NCBI GenBank assembly: GCA_963762145.1
Contig: CAVXJS010000007.1
Location: forward strand, 344,382-408,381
From: an uncultured Candidatus Rokubacteria bacterium
GTDB lineage: Bacteria > Methylomirabilota > Methylomirabilia > Rokubacteriales > CSP1-6
Direction of reading: 5' to 3'
Length of the DNA stretch: 64,000 nt
Of the stretch, positions 41,156 to 53,488 are shown piece after piece (positions within the stretch are counted from its first letter, which is position 1; each line of letters starts with the position of its first letter). The position numbers were made by a program, and so were the translations under genes. The notes beneath the pieces were generated by a model. It did not search any database, was not told the DNA's origin, and worked only from the letters and a program-made list of their open reading frames with translations.

Positions 41156-41592
41156 TTGGTGTCCCACGAGGTGACGTCGTGGTTCTCGCCGTCGCCCCCG
41201 GGCGCCCCGTCGGCGCCGGGCGTCCAGATGTCGTAGTCGCTGTGGTCGCCGGGGCAGCACTTGTACTGGTACGGGCGTCCCCACGGGTCGAGCGGGACCG
41301 CGGGCTTCTTGAGATACGGCCCGTTCCAGTTGGGCGCGTTCGGGTTCTGGACCAACGCTTGGAGGCCGGCCCCGGCGGGCGGGTAGGCGCCGACGTCCAG
41401 GCGGTACTGGTCGAGGGCGGCGCCGAACAGCTCGATCTGCGCTCGCGCGGCGGCCTGCTTGCTCTGCCCGACCCGGCCGAAGAGGCGGGGACCAACGAGG
41501 CCCGCGATCAGGCCCAGGATGATGATCACGACCAGGAGCTCGATGAGGGAGAAGCCCCGCTGGTTCCGGAGGAGTCTCGCGGCGGTGTTCAT
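41152..41592 (-). CDS. gspG: T2SS major pseudopilin G
   Basis: GFSLIELLVV, ALDQYRLDVGAYP, WNGPYL, DPWGRPY and GADGAPGG motifs. Confidence 0.93.
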   Translation of the reverse strand: MNTAARLLRNQRGFSLIELLVVIIILGLIAGLVGPRLFGRVGQSKQAAARAQIELFGAALDQYRLDVGAYPPAGAGLQALVQNPNAPNWNGPYLKKPAVPLDPWGRPYQYKCCPGDHSDYDIWTPGADGAPGGDGENHDVTSWDTK

Positions 41593-42812
41593 AGCGGGAG
41601 ATCGGTGACGGAGAGGATGGCCATGAGCATGGCCACGACGATGAAGCCCACCACCACACCCATCACCAGGATGATGCAGGGCTCGGCCAGCGCGATGAGT
41701 CGCTTGACCAGCTTGCGGGTGTCGGCCTCGAAGTCGGCCGCCACGCGGAGCAGCATCTCCTCGAGGCGGCCGGACTCCTCGCCGACCCGCACCATGTGGA
41801 TCGCGAGCGGGGGGAAGACGCCCGAGTCGGCCATCGGCTGGGCGAGGCCGGCGCCACGCCGCGCGCCATTGACCAGGCCATCCACCTCGCGCGCGAGGAC
41901 CTGGTTGGCCAGCATCTCCTTGACCACGATGAGCGCGCCGATCATGGGGAGGCCGCTCCGGAGCAGGGTGCCCAGGATGCGCGTGAAGCGGGCCACCTCG
42001 GTCTTCACGATGACCGGCCCGACGACCGGCAGCCGCAGGAGCGCGCGATCGCTCGCGAGGCGTCCGCGCGGCGTGGCCAGGGACACCCGGCTCGCGAGCC
42101 CGCCCGCCACCCCGACGAGCGCGATCAGCCACCAGTAGCGCTGGAGCGCGCCGCTGATCTCGAGCAGGATCAGCGTGGGCAGGGGGATCGTAGCCCCCAG
42201 GTCCCTGAAGATGGTGGCGAAGCGCGGGATGACGAAGGTCATCAGGAAGACGACCGCGGCGGCCCCCACGCCGGTCAGCATCACGGGGTAGATCAGCGCG
42301 GAGACCAGCGCATCGCGAAACTCCTGCGACTCGGCCAGGAACTCGGCCAGGCGCCGCAGCGTGGTCTCGAGGACGCCGCCCTTCTCGCCCGCGCGCACCA
42401 TGTTGACGTAGAGGCGCGAGAAGGGGCGCGGGTGGTGCCTGGTGAGCGCGTCGGCGAGCGAGCTGCCCCCGCGCACGGTGCGCAGCACGTCGGCCATGAT
42501 CGCCCGCAGCCGCGCGGTCGGGGCGAGCTCGGCCTGGATGGCGAGCGCGCGGTCCAGGGGCAGGCCCGCCTCCAGCAGGGTGGCGAGCTGCTGCGTCAGC
42601 GAGACCAGATCCCGCCCGGCCACGCGGCGGCCGCCCGTCTCCGGCCAGGCCAGGCCCAGGAACCGGCGCCGCTGGTGCTGCAGCGCGATCTTGATCGGGA
42701 AGTAGGTGTCCCGCTGCAGGCGCTCGGCCACCGCCCGCACGTCGGGCGCCTCCATGACCCCGTCCACCGTCTGCCCCCGCTGATCGGCCGCCCGGTACGC
42801 GAAGACGGCCAC
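41589..42812 (-). CDS. gspF: T2SS inner-membrane platform protein F
   Basis: QLATLLEAGLPL, MVRAGEKGG, ALIYP and GEESGRL motifs. Confidence 0.92.
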   Translation of the reverse strand: MAVFAYRAADQRGQTVDGVMEAPDVRAVAERLQRDTYFPIKIALQHQRRRFLGLAWPETGGRRVAGRDLVSLTQQLATLLEAGLPLDRALAIQAELAPTARLRAIMADVLRTVRGGSSLADALTRHHPRPFSRLYVNMVRAGEKGGVLETTLRRLAEFLAESQEFRDALVSALIYPVMLTGVGAAAVVFLMTFVIPRFATIFRDLGATIPLPTLILLEISGALQRYWWLIALVGVAGGLASRVSLATPRGRLASDRALLRLPVVGPVIVKTEVARFTRILGTLLRSGLPMIGALIVVKEMLANQVLAREVDGLVNGARRGAGLAQPMADSGVFPPLAIHMVRVGEESGRLEEMLLRVAADFEADTRKLVKRLIALAEPCIILVMGVVVGFIVVAMLMAILSVTDLPL

Positions 42813-42826
42813 GCTAGTTCTCCACT

Positions 42827-42860
42827 CCCTCTCCCCTCAGGGGAGAGGGCAGGGTGAGGG
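42827..42860. repeat. REP-like palindrome CCCTCTCCCC-TCA-GGGGAGAGGG-CAGGGTGAGGG
   Basis: Perfect 10-bp stem in the gspE-gspF spacer; related reverse copy at 62654-62690. Confidence 0.75.
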
Positions 42861-42880
42861 ACTCGGTGGAGAGGGGCGGT

Positions 42881-44626
<1,746 letters not shown>

Positions 44627-44691
44627 TCGTCACATCTTTCAAACGCGTATCATTTGTGTGACGGGTGGCGACTGCGAGGACGTCAGGTGTG

Positions 44692-45396
44692 CTAGCGGCG
44701 GTGGTCCTTGCCGCGGCCGGGAGCCGGCGGCAGATTGCTGTAGATGAGCGTGTCGTCGGCGACCCGATAGCGATAGAGCGTCTGCGATGTCTCTCCGGCG
44801 CTCTCGCCCAGGCCCGCGTCCCGGAGCACGCGCCGGACGTACTCCTGCGTCTCCGGGTAGGGAGGAATCCCACGGTAGGCGTCCACGACGCCCTCGCCCG
44901 CGTTGTAAGCGGCGAGGGCCAGCGCCACGCGGCCCTGGTAGCGATCGAGCAGGTAGCGCAGATGTCGCACGCCCCCGCTGATGTTCTCCCGAGGGTCGAA
45001 CCGGTTCACCACGCCCAGGGTGGCCGCCGTCCCCGGCATGAGCTGCATCAGCCCGCCCGCGCCCCTGGGCGACACCGCCGCCGGATCGGACCCCGACTCG
45101 GCTCGGATCACCGCGGTGACCAGCTCCGGGCTCACCCCGTGCTCGCGGGTGATCTCCTGGATCTCGGTCGCGTAGCGCGGCAATGAGCGCGCCCGGAGCC
45201 GCAGCCAGCCGGTGGAGGTGCCCGTCGCGCCGGGGAAACCACGATAGCGCGGGTCCGTCGGCACGTTGGTGAGGTGCACCACGCCGTCGCCGTCGACGAG
45301 GTGGCGTGCGGCTTCGGCGGTGGCACGCGGAACTCCGAGCAAGAGCGTGGTGAGGGCCATCGTCACCGTAAGGCTCACCACGCGGAGGCAGCGCAT
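44692..45396 (-). CDS. Lytic transglycosylase (SLT domain)
   Basis: AVIRAES, GAGGLMQLMP, ALAAYNAG and PPYPETQEYV motifs. Confidence 0.88.
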   Translation of the reverse strand: MRCLRVVSLTVTMALTTLLLGVPRATAEAARHLVDGDGVVHLTNVPTDPRYRGFPGATGTSTGWLRLRARSLPRYATEIQEITREHGVSPELVTAVIRAESGSDPAAVSPRGAGGLMQLMPGTAATLGVVNRFDPRENISGGVRHLRYLLDRYQGRVALALAAYNAGEGVVDAYRGIPPYPETQEYVRRVLRDAGLGESAGETSQTLYRYRVADDTLIYSNLPPAPGRGKDHRR

Positions 45397-45516
45397 GTTG
45401 CTCGGGACGATACCTGAGGAACGTGAGGGCCTGCAAGGAGCGCGCGGGCGCGGCGAGCGAGGTGTCCGTTCGCAGAGACAGTTGCTTGGTGGAGAGCGTT
45501 GAGGTAGATAAGCAAC

Positions 45517-45834
45517 ATGAGCCCGAGCGAAGATCAGGAGCTGGTCGAGTTTCTGACCGGACAGTTCGCCAGAATCGACCAGCGGTTCCATGACTTGACG
45601 CTCGGAATTGATCGGCGCTTCACCCTCCTGGATAGCCGGCTTGACGCATTCCAGGCGTCGGTGGACGAGCGCTTTCGCGAGGTATTTGGCCACTTCGATG
45701 CCATCCACCTCCGGCTCGAGCGCCTGGATCAGGGGTTCCAGGTCATCACCCACCAGTTGCGACGGATCGAGGCGATACTTCACCGACGAGGTCGGCCGCC
45801 GCGAGATCTCGTCGAGCGTCGGCTGAACGGCTAG
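45517..45834 (+). CDS. Small hypothetical coiled-coil protein
   Basis: Repeated [IV]D.RF units; AGGT SD-like sequence; more AT-rich than neighbours. Confidence 0.55.
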   Translation: MSPSEDQELVEFLTGQFARIDQRFHDLTLGIDRRFTLLDSRLDAFQASVDERFREVFGHFDAIHLRLERLDQGFQVITHQLRRIEAILHRRGRPPRDLVERRLNG

Positions 45835-45850
45835 CCGCGCCGGGTTGGCC

Positions 45851-46804
45851 CTACCGCGCCGGCTGCTTCTTCTTCGCCTGCGCCACCAGCTCCGCCACGC
45901 GGTCGCGGTCCTCGCCCTTGGGCACCAGCGCCATGAAGCGCTCCCACGCGGCCACCGCGCCCGCGTAGTCGTGCTTCTGCTCGTAGAGCACCTGGCCGCG
46001 GTAGAGATAGGCGGGGGCGTACTTCGGGTCGATCTTGAGCGCCTTGTCGAAGGTCTCGAGCGCGGAGTCGGCGTGGCCGCCGACCGCCACGATGAGCCCC
46101 AGGTGGGTCATCGCGTCCACGTTGCGCTCGTCGCGCTTCAGCACGGCCTGGTAGGCGGCGATCGCCTCCGAGTAGCGGCCCTCGAAGAGGCTCTGGCGCG
46201 CGGCCTGGAGCATGCCGGCCAGCATCTCGGGAGGGATCGGCTTGCCCGGCTCGAGGCGGGCCATGGGCGGCCCCACCGGCGAAGGGGGCGGGCCGGGGAC
46301 CGGGATGCGGGCGCCGGGCGGCGTGAAGGTCTCGTCGCGCTCGGTGAAGCGGCCGGCGTTGACGCCGATGATCACGCCGAAGATGACGAGCACCACCGCG
46401 CCCGCCGCGAACAGGGCCGGGTGCCGCGTCCAGGACGCACGCGGCGTGTGCGGCACGGATGTCCGCGGCTGGGGGAGCGCGGGGGCCATTTCGGGGCCCC
46501 CGCGTACGACAGGTCCCAGCGCGTCCAGCGCGGTGATCAGCACGCCGGCGCGGGATTCGTAGCGCTCGCGGAGGCTCTGGAAGTCGGGATCGGACAGATG
46601 CCCCGCGTCGTGGTCGAACTCGAGCTCGCGCAGCGCGCGGTAGAGGGCGCTCTTCTCCTCTTCCAGCTCGAGCCGCCGGTCGTCGGAGGCCCGCGCGGCC
46701 GATGGCGTGACTCCGGCGGAGCGGCCGCCGAGCAGGGGCCACAGCACGATCGCGAGGGCGGGGACCACGATCGCCGCGATCAGCGCGATCTGCAGCGCGT
46801 TCAC
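45851..46804 (-). CDS. ccmI: Cytochrome c biogenesis TPR protein CcmI/CycH
   Basis: LRELEFDHDAGHLSDPDF motif followed by TPRs; operon position. Confidence 0.78.
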   Translation of the reverse strand: MNALQIALIAAIVVPALAIVLWPLLGGRSAGVTPSAARASDDRRLELEEEKSALYRALRELEFDHDAGHLSDPDFQSLRERYESRAGVLITALDALGPVVRGGPEMAPALPQPRTSVPHTPRASWTRHPALFAAGAVVLVIFGVIIGVNAGRFTERDETFTPPGARIPVPGPPPSPVGPPMARLEPGKPIPPEMLAGMLQAARQSLFEGRYSEAIAAYQAVLKRDERNVDAMTHLGLIVAVGGHADSALETFDKALKIDPKYAPAYLYRGQVLYEQKHDYAGAVAAWERFMALVPKGEDRDRVAELVAQAKKKQPAR

Positions 46805-47262
46805 GGCTCGCGCTCGGCCATCTCGCGGTGGATGCGCGCGCGCATCGCGGCGTCCGGCGCGGGGACCGGGGTCGCGCCGGCGGGGCGGCGGCTCCAGCGC
46901 CGCACCAGCAGGAGCACCAGCACCAGGCCGGCGCCGAGGGCCACGAACGGCACGACCCAGACGAGCAGGTTGAAGCCCTGCCGGGGCGGGGCGAGCAGGA
47001 TCCAGAGGCCGTACTTCTCCACGAAGTAGGCCTTCACCTGCTCGGGCGAGTCGCCCGCCGCCAGCCGCTCGCGGATGATGCCGCGCATCTGGTTCGCGGT
47101 CTCGGACGGCGAGTCGGCCACCGAGAGGCTCTGGCAGACCACGCAGCGGAGCTGGCCGCCGATCTCGTGGACGGTCTCCTCGCTGACCGGCGCGGCGCCG
47201 AGCGGAGCCGCCGTCGCGAGCGCCGCGATCAGGAGCAGGGCGGCCACGAGCGCGCGGGTCAT
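46801..47262 (-). CDS. ccmH: Cytochrome c biogenesis protein CcmH
   Basis: LRCVVCQ and YFVEKYG motifs. Confidence 0.9.
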   Translation of the reverse strand: MTRALVAALLLIAALATAAPLGAAPVSEETVHEIGGQLRCVVCQSLSVADSPSETANQMRGIIRERLAAGDSPEQVKAYFVEKYGLWILLAPPRQGFNLLVWVVPFVALGAGLVLVLLLVRRWSRRPAGATPVPAPDAAMRARIHREMAEREP

Positions 47263-47798
47263 GCCGGCTCCGCGAGCAGCTTCTCCACGTGCTGCCGCAT
47301 GATCTCGTCGGTGACGGCGCCGACCTGCTTGAAGCGCACCCGGCCCTGGCGATCGATGAAGAACGTCTCCGGGACGCCGTAGACGCCGTAGTCCACCGAG
47401 ACGCGGCCGGACGGATCGGGCGCGTTCGGGAACGTGTGGCGGAACTGGGCGAGGAAGCGGCGGGCCGGCTCCTCCTTGTCCTGGATGTTCACGCCGATCA
47501 GGACCACGCCGCGGTCGCGGTAGGCCTGCCAGGCGCGCTCGAGGCTCGGCGCCTCGTCGTAGCAGGCGGGCACGCACCACGAGGCCCAGAAGTTGACGAT
47601 CACGATCTGGCCGCGCAGGGCCTCGAGGCTCACCGGCTTGCCGTCGAAGGCGGTCAGCGCGAAGGGCGAGGCGGGCTTGCCGACCAGCGGCGAGGGGATG
47701 TCGCGCGGGTCGGTGCGGAAGCCATAGGCCAGCAGCGCGAGCACCGGCACGACCGCGAGCGGGATCGCCCAGCGCAGCGCCCGTGAGCGCCGGCTCAT
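47259..47798 (-). CDS. ccmG: CcmG/TlpA thiol-disulfide oxidoreductase with atypical CX3C
   Basis: SPLVGKPA, VNFWASWCVPAC and YGVYGVPETFFID motifs. Confidence 0.85.
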   Translation of the reverse strand: MSRRSRALRWAIPLAVVPVLALLAYGFRTDPRDIPSPLVGKPASPFALTAFDGKPVSLEALRGQIVIVNFWASWCVPACYDEAPSLERAWQAYRDRGVVLIGVNIQDKEEPARRFLAQFRHTFPNAPDPSGRVSVDYGVYGVPETFFIDRQGRVRFKQVGAVTDEIMRQHVEKLLAEPA

Positions 47799-49774
47799 GC
47801 GGCCACCGCGTGATCCGGCCGCGGCCGCGTCGCGGTCCGGCGGGGCTCGGGCACGATGGCGAGCGCCGCGCCCAGGGTCAGGATCAGGCCGCCGATCCAG
47901 AGCCAGGAGACCATGCGGTTGATCTGCACCTTGACGGTGGCGTGCGAGCCGTCGCGGGCGAAGTCGCCCAGGACCAGGTAGAGGTCCTCCAGGAAGCCCA
48001 GGCGGTAGTCCACCGCCGCGATCGGCGTCTGCTCCTGCGGGTAGAACTTCTTGGCCGGCGTGAGCACGGTGTAGGGGCCGCGGCGGTCGGAGACCGTGAA
48101 GGTGCCCACGACCTTGAAATGGTTCGACTCCTCGACCGGCTGCAGATCGTCGAAGCGGATGGTGTAGCCGCCGAGCTCCACGCTGGCGCCGCGGTTGATG
48201 GTGGCCTCGGTCTGGGTGGACCAGGCCTGCGAGCCCGCCACCCCGAGGGCGATGACCAGGATGCCCAGGTGGACGACGAAGCCGCCGTAACGGCGGTTCT
48301 GCCGGAGCGCCAGCCCCCACGTGGCGTCGAGCCAGCCGTCGCCGCTCCGCCGGCGGGCGCGGGCGGCCCGCCCGAAGTCGAGCGCGATGGTGGCGGCCAC
48401 GAACACCACGAGGCCCATGCAGAGCAGCACCAGGAGATTGGCCACCCCGAGGGCGCGGCAGAGAGCGGCGCCCACCACCCCGATCACCACCGGCATCAGG
48501 AAGTTGCGGCGCAGGTTCTCCGCGGAGGCGCGGCGCCACGCGATCAGCGGGCCCACGCCCATCAGGAAGATGAGGGCCAGGAAGATCGGGATGTTCACCA
48601 GATTGAAGAACGGCGCGCCCACGCTGACCTTCTGGCCCTTCACCGCTTCCGAGAGCAGCGGGAACACGGTGCCGAAGAACACCGTGAAGGCGGCCGCGAT
48701 CAGGAAGAGGTTGTTCAGGAGGAAGGCGGACTCGCGGGAGAAGATCGAGTCGAGCTCGCTCTGACCGCGGAGCCGCTCGAGCCGCCAGGCCAGCAGCGTG
48801 AAGGCGCCGAGCATGATCAGGGCCAGGAACACGAGGAAGAAGATGCCGATCGAGCCCTGGGTGAAGGCGTGCACGGAGCCGATGATGCCGGAGCGGGTGA
48901 GGAACGTGCCGAACAGGGTGAGGCTGAAGGTCAGGATGATGAGGGTGAGGTTCCAGAGCTTCAGCATGCGCCGCCGCTCCTGGATCATCACCGAGTGCAG
49001 GAACGCGGTGGCGGTGAGCCACGGCATGAAGGCCGCGTTCTCGACCGGATCCCACGCCCAGTAGCCGCCCCAGCCCAGCACGTGGTAGCTCCACCAGCCG
49101 CCGATCAGCAGGCCGAGCGAGAGGAAGTACCACGCGATGATCGTCCAGCGCCGGGTGATGGTGATCCACTCGTCGCCGGTGCGCCCCACGATGAGCGCGG
49201 CCATCGCGAAGGCGAACGGCACCGTGAAGCCGGTGAAGCCCAGGTAGAGCGCCACCGGGTGCGTGATCATCCCGGAGTCTTCCAGGAGCGGGTTGAGGCC
49301 GCGGCCGTCGTCGGGAATCGGCGAGAGGCGCTCGAAGGGCGGCGCCGGGACCGCCATCACGAGCAGGAAGAAGGCGGAGATGCCGAGCATCACCGCGAGC
49401 GACCAGGGGTAGAGCTGGGGCTGGGTGCGGCGGTAGCGGCCCACCATGATCAGGGTGTAGAGCGAGAGCATCCACGCCCACAGGATGATGGAGCCCTCGA
49501 GCGCGCCCCAGAGGGCGGTGATGCGGTAGTAGAACGGCGTGCCGCGGTTGGTGTTGCTGGCCACGTAGCGGACCGAGAAGTCGAAGGTGAGGAACGCGTA
49601 GACGAGCAAGAGCATGCACGCGGTGATCAGCAGCCACACCCCGATCGCCGCGCGCTCCGACGAGGCCTGGAGCTCCGGCCGGCCCTTCAGGGCGCCCAGC
49701 GCGGCCGCCCCGGCCCCGTACAGGGCCAGCACGAGCGCGCCGACGGTGAGCGCGTAGCCCAGCTCGGGGGTCAC
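47795..49774 (-). CDS. ccmF: Heme lyase CcmF
   Basis: WGGYWAWDPVENA, GTFLTRSG and SVHAF motifs. Confidence 0.95.
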   Translation of the reverse strand: MTPELGYALTVGALVLALYGAGAAALGALKGRPELQASSERAAIGVWLLITACMLLLVYAFLTFDFSVRYVASNTNRGTPFYYRITALWGALEGSIILWAWMLSLYTLIMVGRYRRTQPQLYPWSLAVMLGISAFFLLVMAVPAPPFERLSPIPDDGRGLNPLLEDSGMITHPVALYLGFTGFTVPFAFAMAALIVGRTGDEWITITRRWTIIAWYFLSLGLLIGGWWSYHVLGWGGYWAWDPVENAAFMPWLTATAFLHSVMIQERRRMLKLWNLTLIILTFSLTLFGTFLTRSGIIGSVHAFTQGSIGIFFLVFLALIMLGAFTLLAWRLERLRGQSELDSIFSRESAFLLNNLFLIAAAFTVFFGTVFPLLSEAVKGQKVSVGAPFFNLVNIPIFLALIFLMGVGPLIAWRRASAENLRRNFLMPVVIGVVGAALCRALGVANLLVLLCMGLVVFVAATIALDFGRAARARRRSGDGWLDATWGLALRQNRRYGGFVVHLGILVIALGVAGSQAWSTQTEATINRGASVELGGYTIRFDDLQPVEESNHFKVVGTFTVSDRRGPYTVLTPAKKFYPQEQTPIAAVDYRLGFLEDLYLVLGDFARDGSHATVKVQINRMVSWLWIGGLILTLGAALAIVPEPRRTATRPRPDHAVAA

Positions 49775-50217
49775 GGCTTGGCCTCGCCGCCCCGCAGCGT
49801 CTTGAGCAGCTCCTTGTAGCCCGCCTGGCTGGCGTCGTGCGGCGCCTTGTACTCTTCCGAGTGCTTGGCCATGATCGTCGCGGCCTGGAAGTAGCCGTCG
49901 CGGCTCCACGTGCCCTCGACCACCGCGCCACGCGACTCCGCGAAGAGATCGGGCGGGGTGCCGCGGTGGCGGACCGGAACCGTGGCCTGGCCGTCCGAGA
50001 GGATGAAGCGCAGGTCGAGGCTCCTGGGATCCCACTGGAGCGTGCCGGGCTGCACCATGCCGCCCAGGCGATAGGCCTTGCCCGCGACGGGCGCCGCGCC
50101 CAGCTCGCTCGGCGTGACGAAGTAGACCACCGACTGGGTCACGCCCGCGTAGACGAGATAGGCGAGCGCGGCCACGATGACGAGGCCCCCCGCCAGGAAC
50201 TTCACCTTGCGGTTCAT
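49771..50217 (-). CDS. ccmE: Heme chaperone CcmE
   Basis: RLGGMV, PDLF and AKHSEEY (HxxxY) motifs. Confidence 0.92.
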   Translation of the reverse strand: MNRKVKFLAGGLVIVAALAYLVYAGVTQSVVYFVTPSELGAAPVAGKAYRLGGMVQPGTLQWDPRSLDLRFILSDGQATVPVRHRGTPPDLFAESRGAVVEGTWSRDGYFQAATIMAKHSEEYKAPHDASQAGYKELLKTLRGGEAKP

Positions 50218-50348
50218 GCCGTCCGCGGCTTCGCGGCCCGGCGCGTGGCGAGCGCGCGGGTCCGGCGCGCCAGGTGGCGCCAGTAGGACAGCAGCGCGAC
50301 GGCGGCGATGCCGTACGCGGCGAAGACGTAGCCCCAGTTGGACGGCAT
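50214..50348 (-). CDS. ccmD: Heme exporter protein D
   Basis: 44-aa MPSNWGYVFAAYGI...; located between ccmC and ccmE. Confidence 0.8.
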   Translation of the reverse strand: MPSNWGYVFAAYGIAAVALLSYWRHLARRTRALATRRAAKPRTA

Positions 50349-50989
50349 CAGGTCTGCTCCTCGAGCCGGGCGATCTCCATCCGGCGCGACAGGAAATAGG
50401 CGAACAGGAGGGTGAAGGCCACCCAGTTGACGAACAGCGCGAGGCCGATCGCGGGATCGATCGGGGACCGCTCGGGCCCCAGGATCGTGGAGGGCTGATG
50501 CAGCGCCCGCCACCACTTCACCGAGAAGTGCACGATCGGGATGTTGACCGCGCCCACGATGCCGACCACCGCGGCGTAGCGCGCTCGCGCCTCCGGGTCC
50601 TCGATCAGGCTGCGCAGCAGCAGGTAGCCCACGTAGACGCAGAAGAGCACCGCGGTCGAGGTGAGGCGCGCGTCCCACGTCCACCAGGTGCCCCAGGTCG
50701 GCTTGCCCCAGATGGAGCCGGAGACGATGGTGAGCCCGGTGAAGAGCACGCCGATCTCCCCGGCCGCGGCGGCCAGACGGTCCCAGCCGGCGCGCCGGGT
50801 GGCCAGGTAGGCGATGCTGCCCAGCAGCACGAGCACGAACGCCAGGTAGGCGGTCAGCACGGCCGGCACGTGGAGGTACATGATGCGCTGCACGTTGCCC
50901 TGCACGGCCTCCCGGGGCGCGTAGCCGAAGCCGGCGGCGAGGCCCGCCACCAGACCCAGCACGGTCAGCCACCCGAGCGCGCGGGTCAT
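50348..50989 (-). CDS. ccmC: Heme exporter CcmC
   Basis: YLHVP, WGKPTWGTWWTWDARLT and WWRALHQ motifs. Confidence 0.93.
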   Translation of the reverse strand: MTRALGWLTVLGLVAGLAAGFGYAPREAVQGNVQRIMYLHVPAVLTAYLAFVLVLLGSIAYLATRRAGWDRLAAAAGEIGVLFTGLTIVSGSIWGKPTWGTWWTWDARLTSTAVLFCVYVGYLLLRSLIEDPEARARYAAVVGIVGAVNIPIVHFSVKWWRALHQPSTILGPERSPIDPAIGLALFVNWVAFTLLFAYFLSRRMEIARLEEQT

Positions 50990-50993
50990 GCGA

Positions 50994-51667
50994 TCAGCCT
51001 TCCAGCACGAACTCGAACGTGAGGATGCCGATCGTGACATAGACCAGATCGGCGCCCGCCAGCAGCTTGAGCCAGTGGGCCACGTCGGCGAGGGGCTGGC
51101 CGAGCAGGAGCGCCTGCGTCGCGCTCACGGTGGCCAGCAGCACCGGCACCTGCACGGGCAGCAGCAGCACCGGGAAGAGCAGCTCGCGCGCCCGCACCTG
51201 CGTGGTCAGGGCCGCAAAGAGCGTGCCCACCGCGGCGAGCCCGATCGTGCCGAGGGCGAGCACCAGGGCCAGCGGGGCCGCCGGCGTCCACAGATCCACG
51301 TCGTAGAACACGCCGAAGAGGACGACCAGGATGATCTCCACCGCGGTCATCAGCACGCAGTTGCCCGCGAGCTTGCCGAGGTAGATCGCCGACTTGTCGC
51401 CGGGCGTGAGGCGCAGGCCCTCCCAGCAGTCGTTCTCGCGCTCGCCGAGGAAGCTCCGGCCGAGGCCGAGGAGACCGGCCAGGATGAAGCCCAGCCAGAG
51501 CAGGCCCGGCACCGCGGCGGCCAGGCGATCGCGATCCGGGCCCAGCGCGAACTGGAAGAGGAAGAGCAGCAGCACGCAGAAGAAGAGGAGCGCGTTGGCG
51601 TGCTCCTTCGCCCGCCGCTCGATGAGCAGGTCTTTCCAGAGGATGATCCACGCGCGCCGGGCGTAGG

Positions 51668-51671
<4 letters not shown>
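50994..51671 (-). CDS. ccmB: Heme exporter CcmB
   Basis: WKDLLIE, IYLGK and LLFPVLLLP motifs. Confidence 0.9.
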
Positions 51672-52381
<710 letters not shown>

Positions 52382-52388
52382 GTCCGAG

Positions 52389-52417
52389 AAAAAGGGGAGA
52401 CGGTGTCCCGTCTCCCC
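52389..52417 (-). terminator. Rho-independent terminator after htpX
   Basis: Minus strand reads GGGGAGACGG-GACA-CCGTCTCCCC-TTTTT. Confidence 0.82.
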
Positions 52418-52456
52418 CGGTCCGCTACGAGGACTGCGTTGGATCCGACGGTTGCC

Positions 52457-53326
52457 CTACCTGGTCCGGGATGAGGCCATGGCGCGTAGCCGCGCCACCC
52501 GCTCCGCGATCGGCGGATGCGTCGAGAAGAGCGTGGTCCAGCCCCCGCCGGTGAGCGGGTTGACGATGAACAGATGCGCCGTGGCCGGGGTGGCTTGCAT
52601 CGGCGCCACCTTGGACGCCACCTCGAGCTTCTCGAGCGCCTTGGCCAGACCGTACGGCTGGCCGGCCATCTGGGCCCCGGTGGCGTCGGCCTGGTACTCC
52701 CGGGAGCGCGAGACCGCCATCTGGATCAGCATGGCCGCGATGGGCGCCAGCACGATCATGAGCAGGCCGCCGATGACGCCGCCGCCCGACTCGTGCTCGT
52801 CGCTGCTGTCGCGCCGCCCACCGCCGAAGATCATCGCCCACTGGGCCATGTGGGCCATGTAGGTGATCGCCCCGGCCAGGGTGGCCGCGATGGCCATGAT
52901 CAGGGTGTCGCGATTCTGGACGTGGGAGAGCTCGTGGGCCAGGACCCCTTCCAGCTCTTCCTCACTCATGATGCGCAAGATGCCTTCGGTGACGGCGATC
53001 GCGGCGTGGCTCGGGTTGCGGCCGGTCGCGAAGGCGTTCGGGGCCTCGCCGGGGATGATGTAGACCCGCGGCATCGGCATGCCGGCGCGGGTGGCCAGGG
53101 TCCGCACGATCCGGTAGAGCCCGGGGGCGGTGGCCTCGTCTACCGGCTGCGCCCGGTACATGGCCAGCACGATCTTGTCCGAGAACCAGTAGCTGCCGAG
53201 GTTCATCACCATGGCCAGCACGAAGGCCATGACCATGCCATTCTGACCGCCGAGCGCCCCGCCGATGAGCACGACCAGCACCGTGAGTGCGGCCAGCAGG
53301 ACACCGGTTTTCATGAGATTTGCCAT
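52457..53326 (-). CDS. htpX: Zinc metalloprotease HtpX (M48)
   Basis: [23 protein letters not shown] and FSTHPP motifs. Confidence 0.95.
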   Translation of the reverse strand: MANLMKTGVLLAALTVLVVLIGGALGGQNGMVMAFVLAMVMNLGSYWFSDKIVLAMYRAQPVDEATAPGLYRIVRTLATRAGMPMPRVYIIPGEAPNAFATGRNPSHAAIAVTEGILRIMSEEELEGVLAHELSHVQNRDTLIMAIAATLAGAITYMAHMAQWAMIFGGGRRDSSDEHESGGGVIGGLLMIVLAPIAAMLIQMAVSRSREYQADATGAQMAGQPYGLAKALEKLEVASKVAPMQATPATAHLFIVNPLTGGGWTTLFSTHPPIAERVARLRAMASSRTR

Positions 53327-53403
53327 GCGCTCGTCCTCCCGTCCGAATGCTAGCAGCCGAGTCCCAGACCGTCAAGCAAGTGGCGACTTTACGGGCTTTT
53401 GGG

Positions 53404-53432
53404 TTGACAAGGGGAAACCCGGTGCATATACT
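53404..53432 (+). promoter_or_regulatory. Sigma70 promoter of the yceD-rpmF-fab operon
   Basis: TTGACA-N17-TATACT. Confidence 0.8.
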
Positions 53433-53488
53433 GACGCGTCTATAACCAAAACCCCTTACTTGACAGAAGCTTAGGCGAGGTTCTTCAC

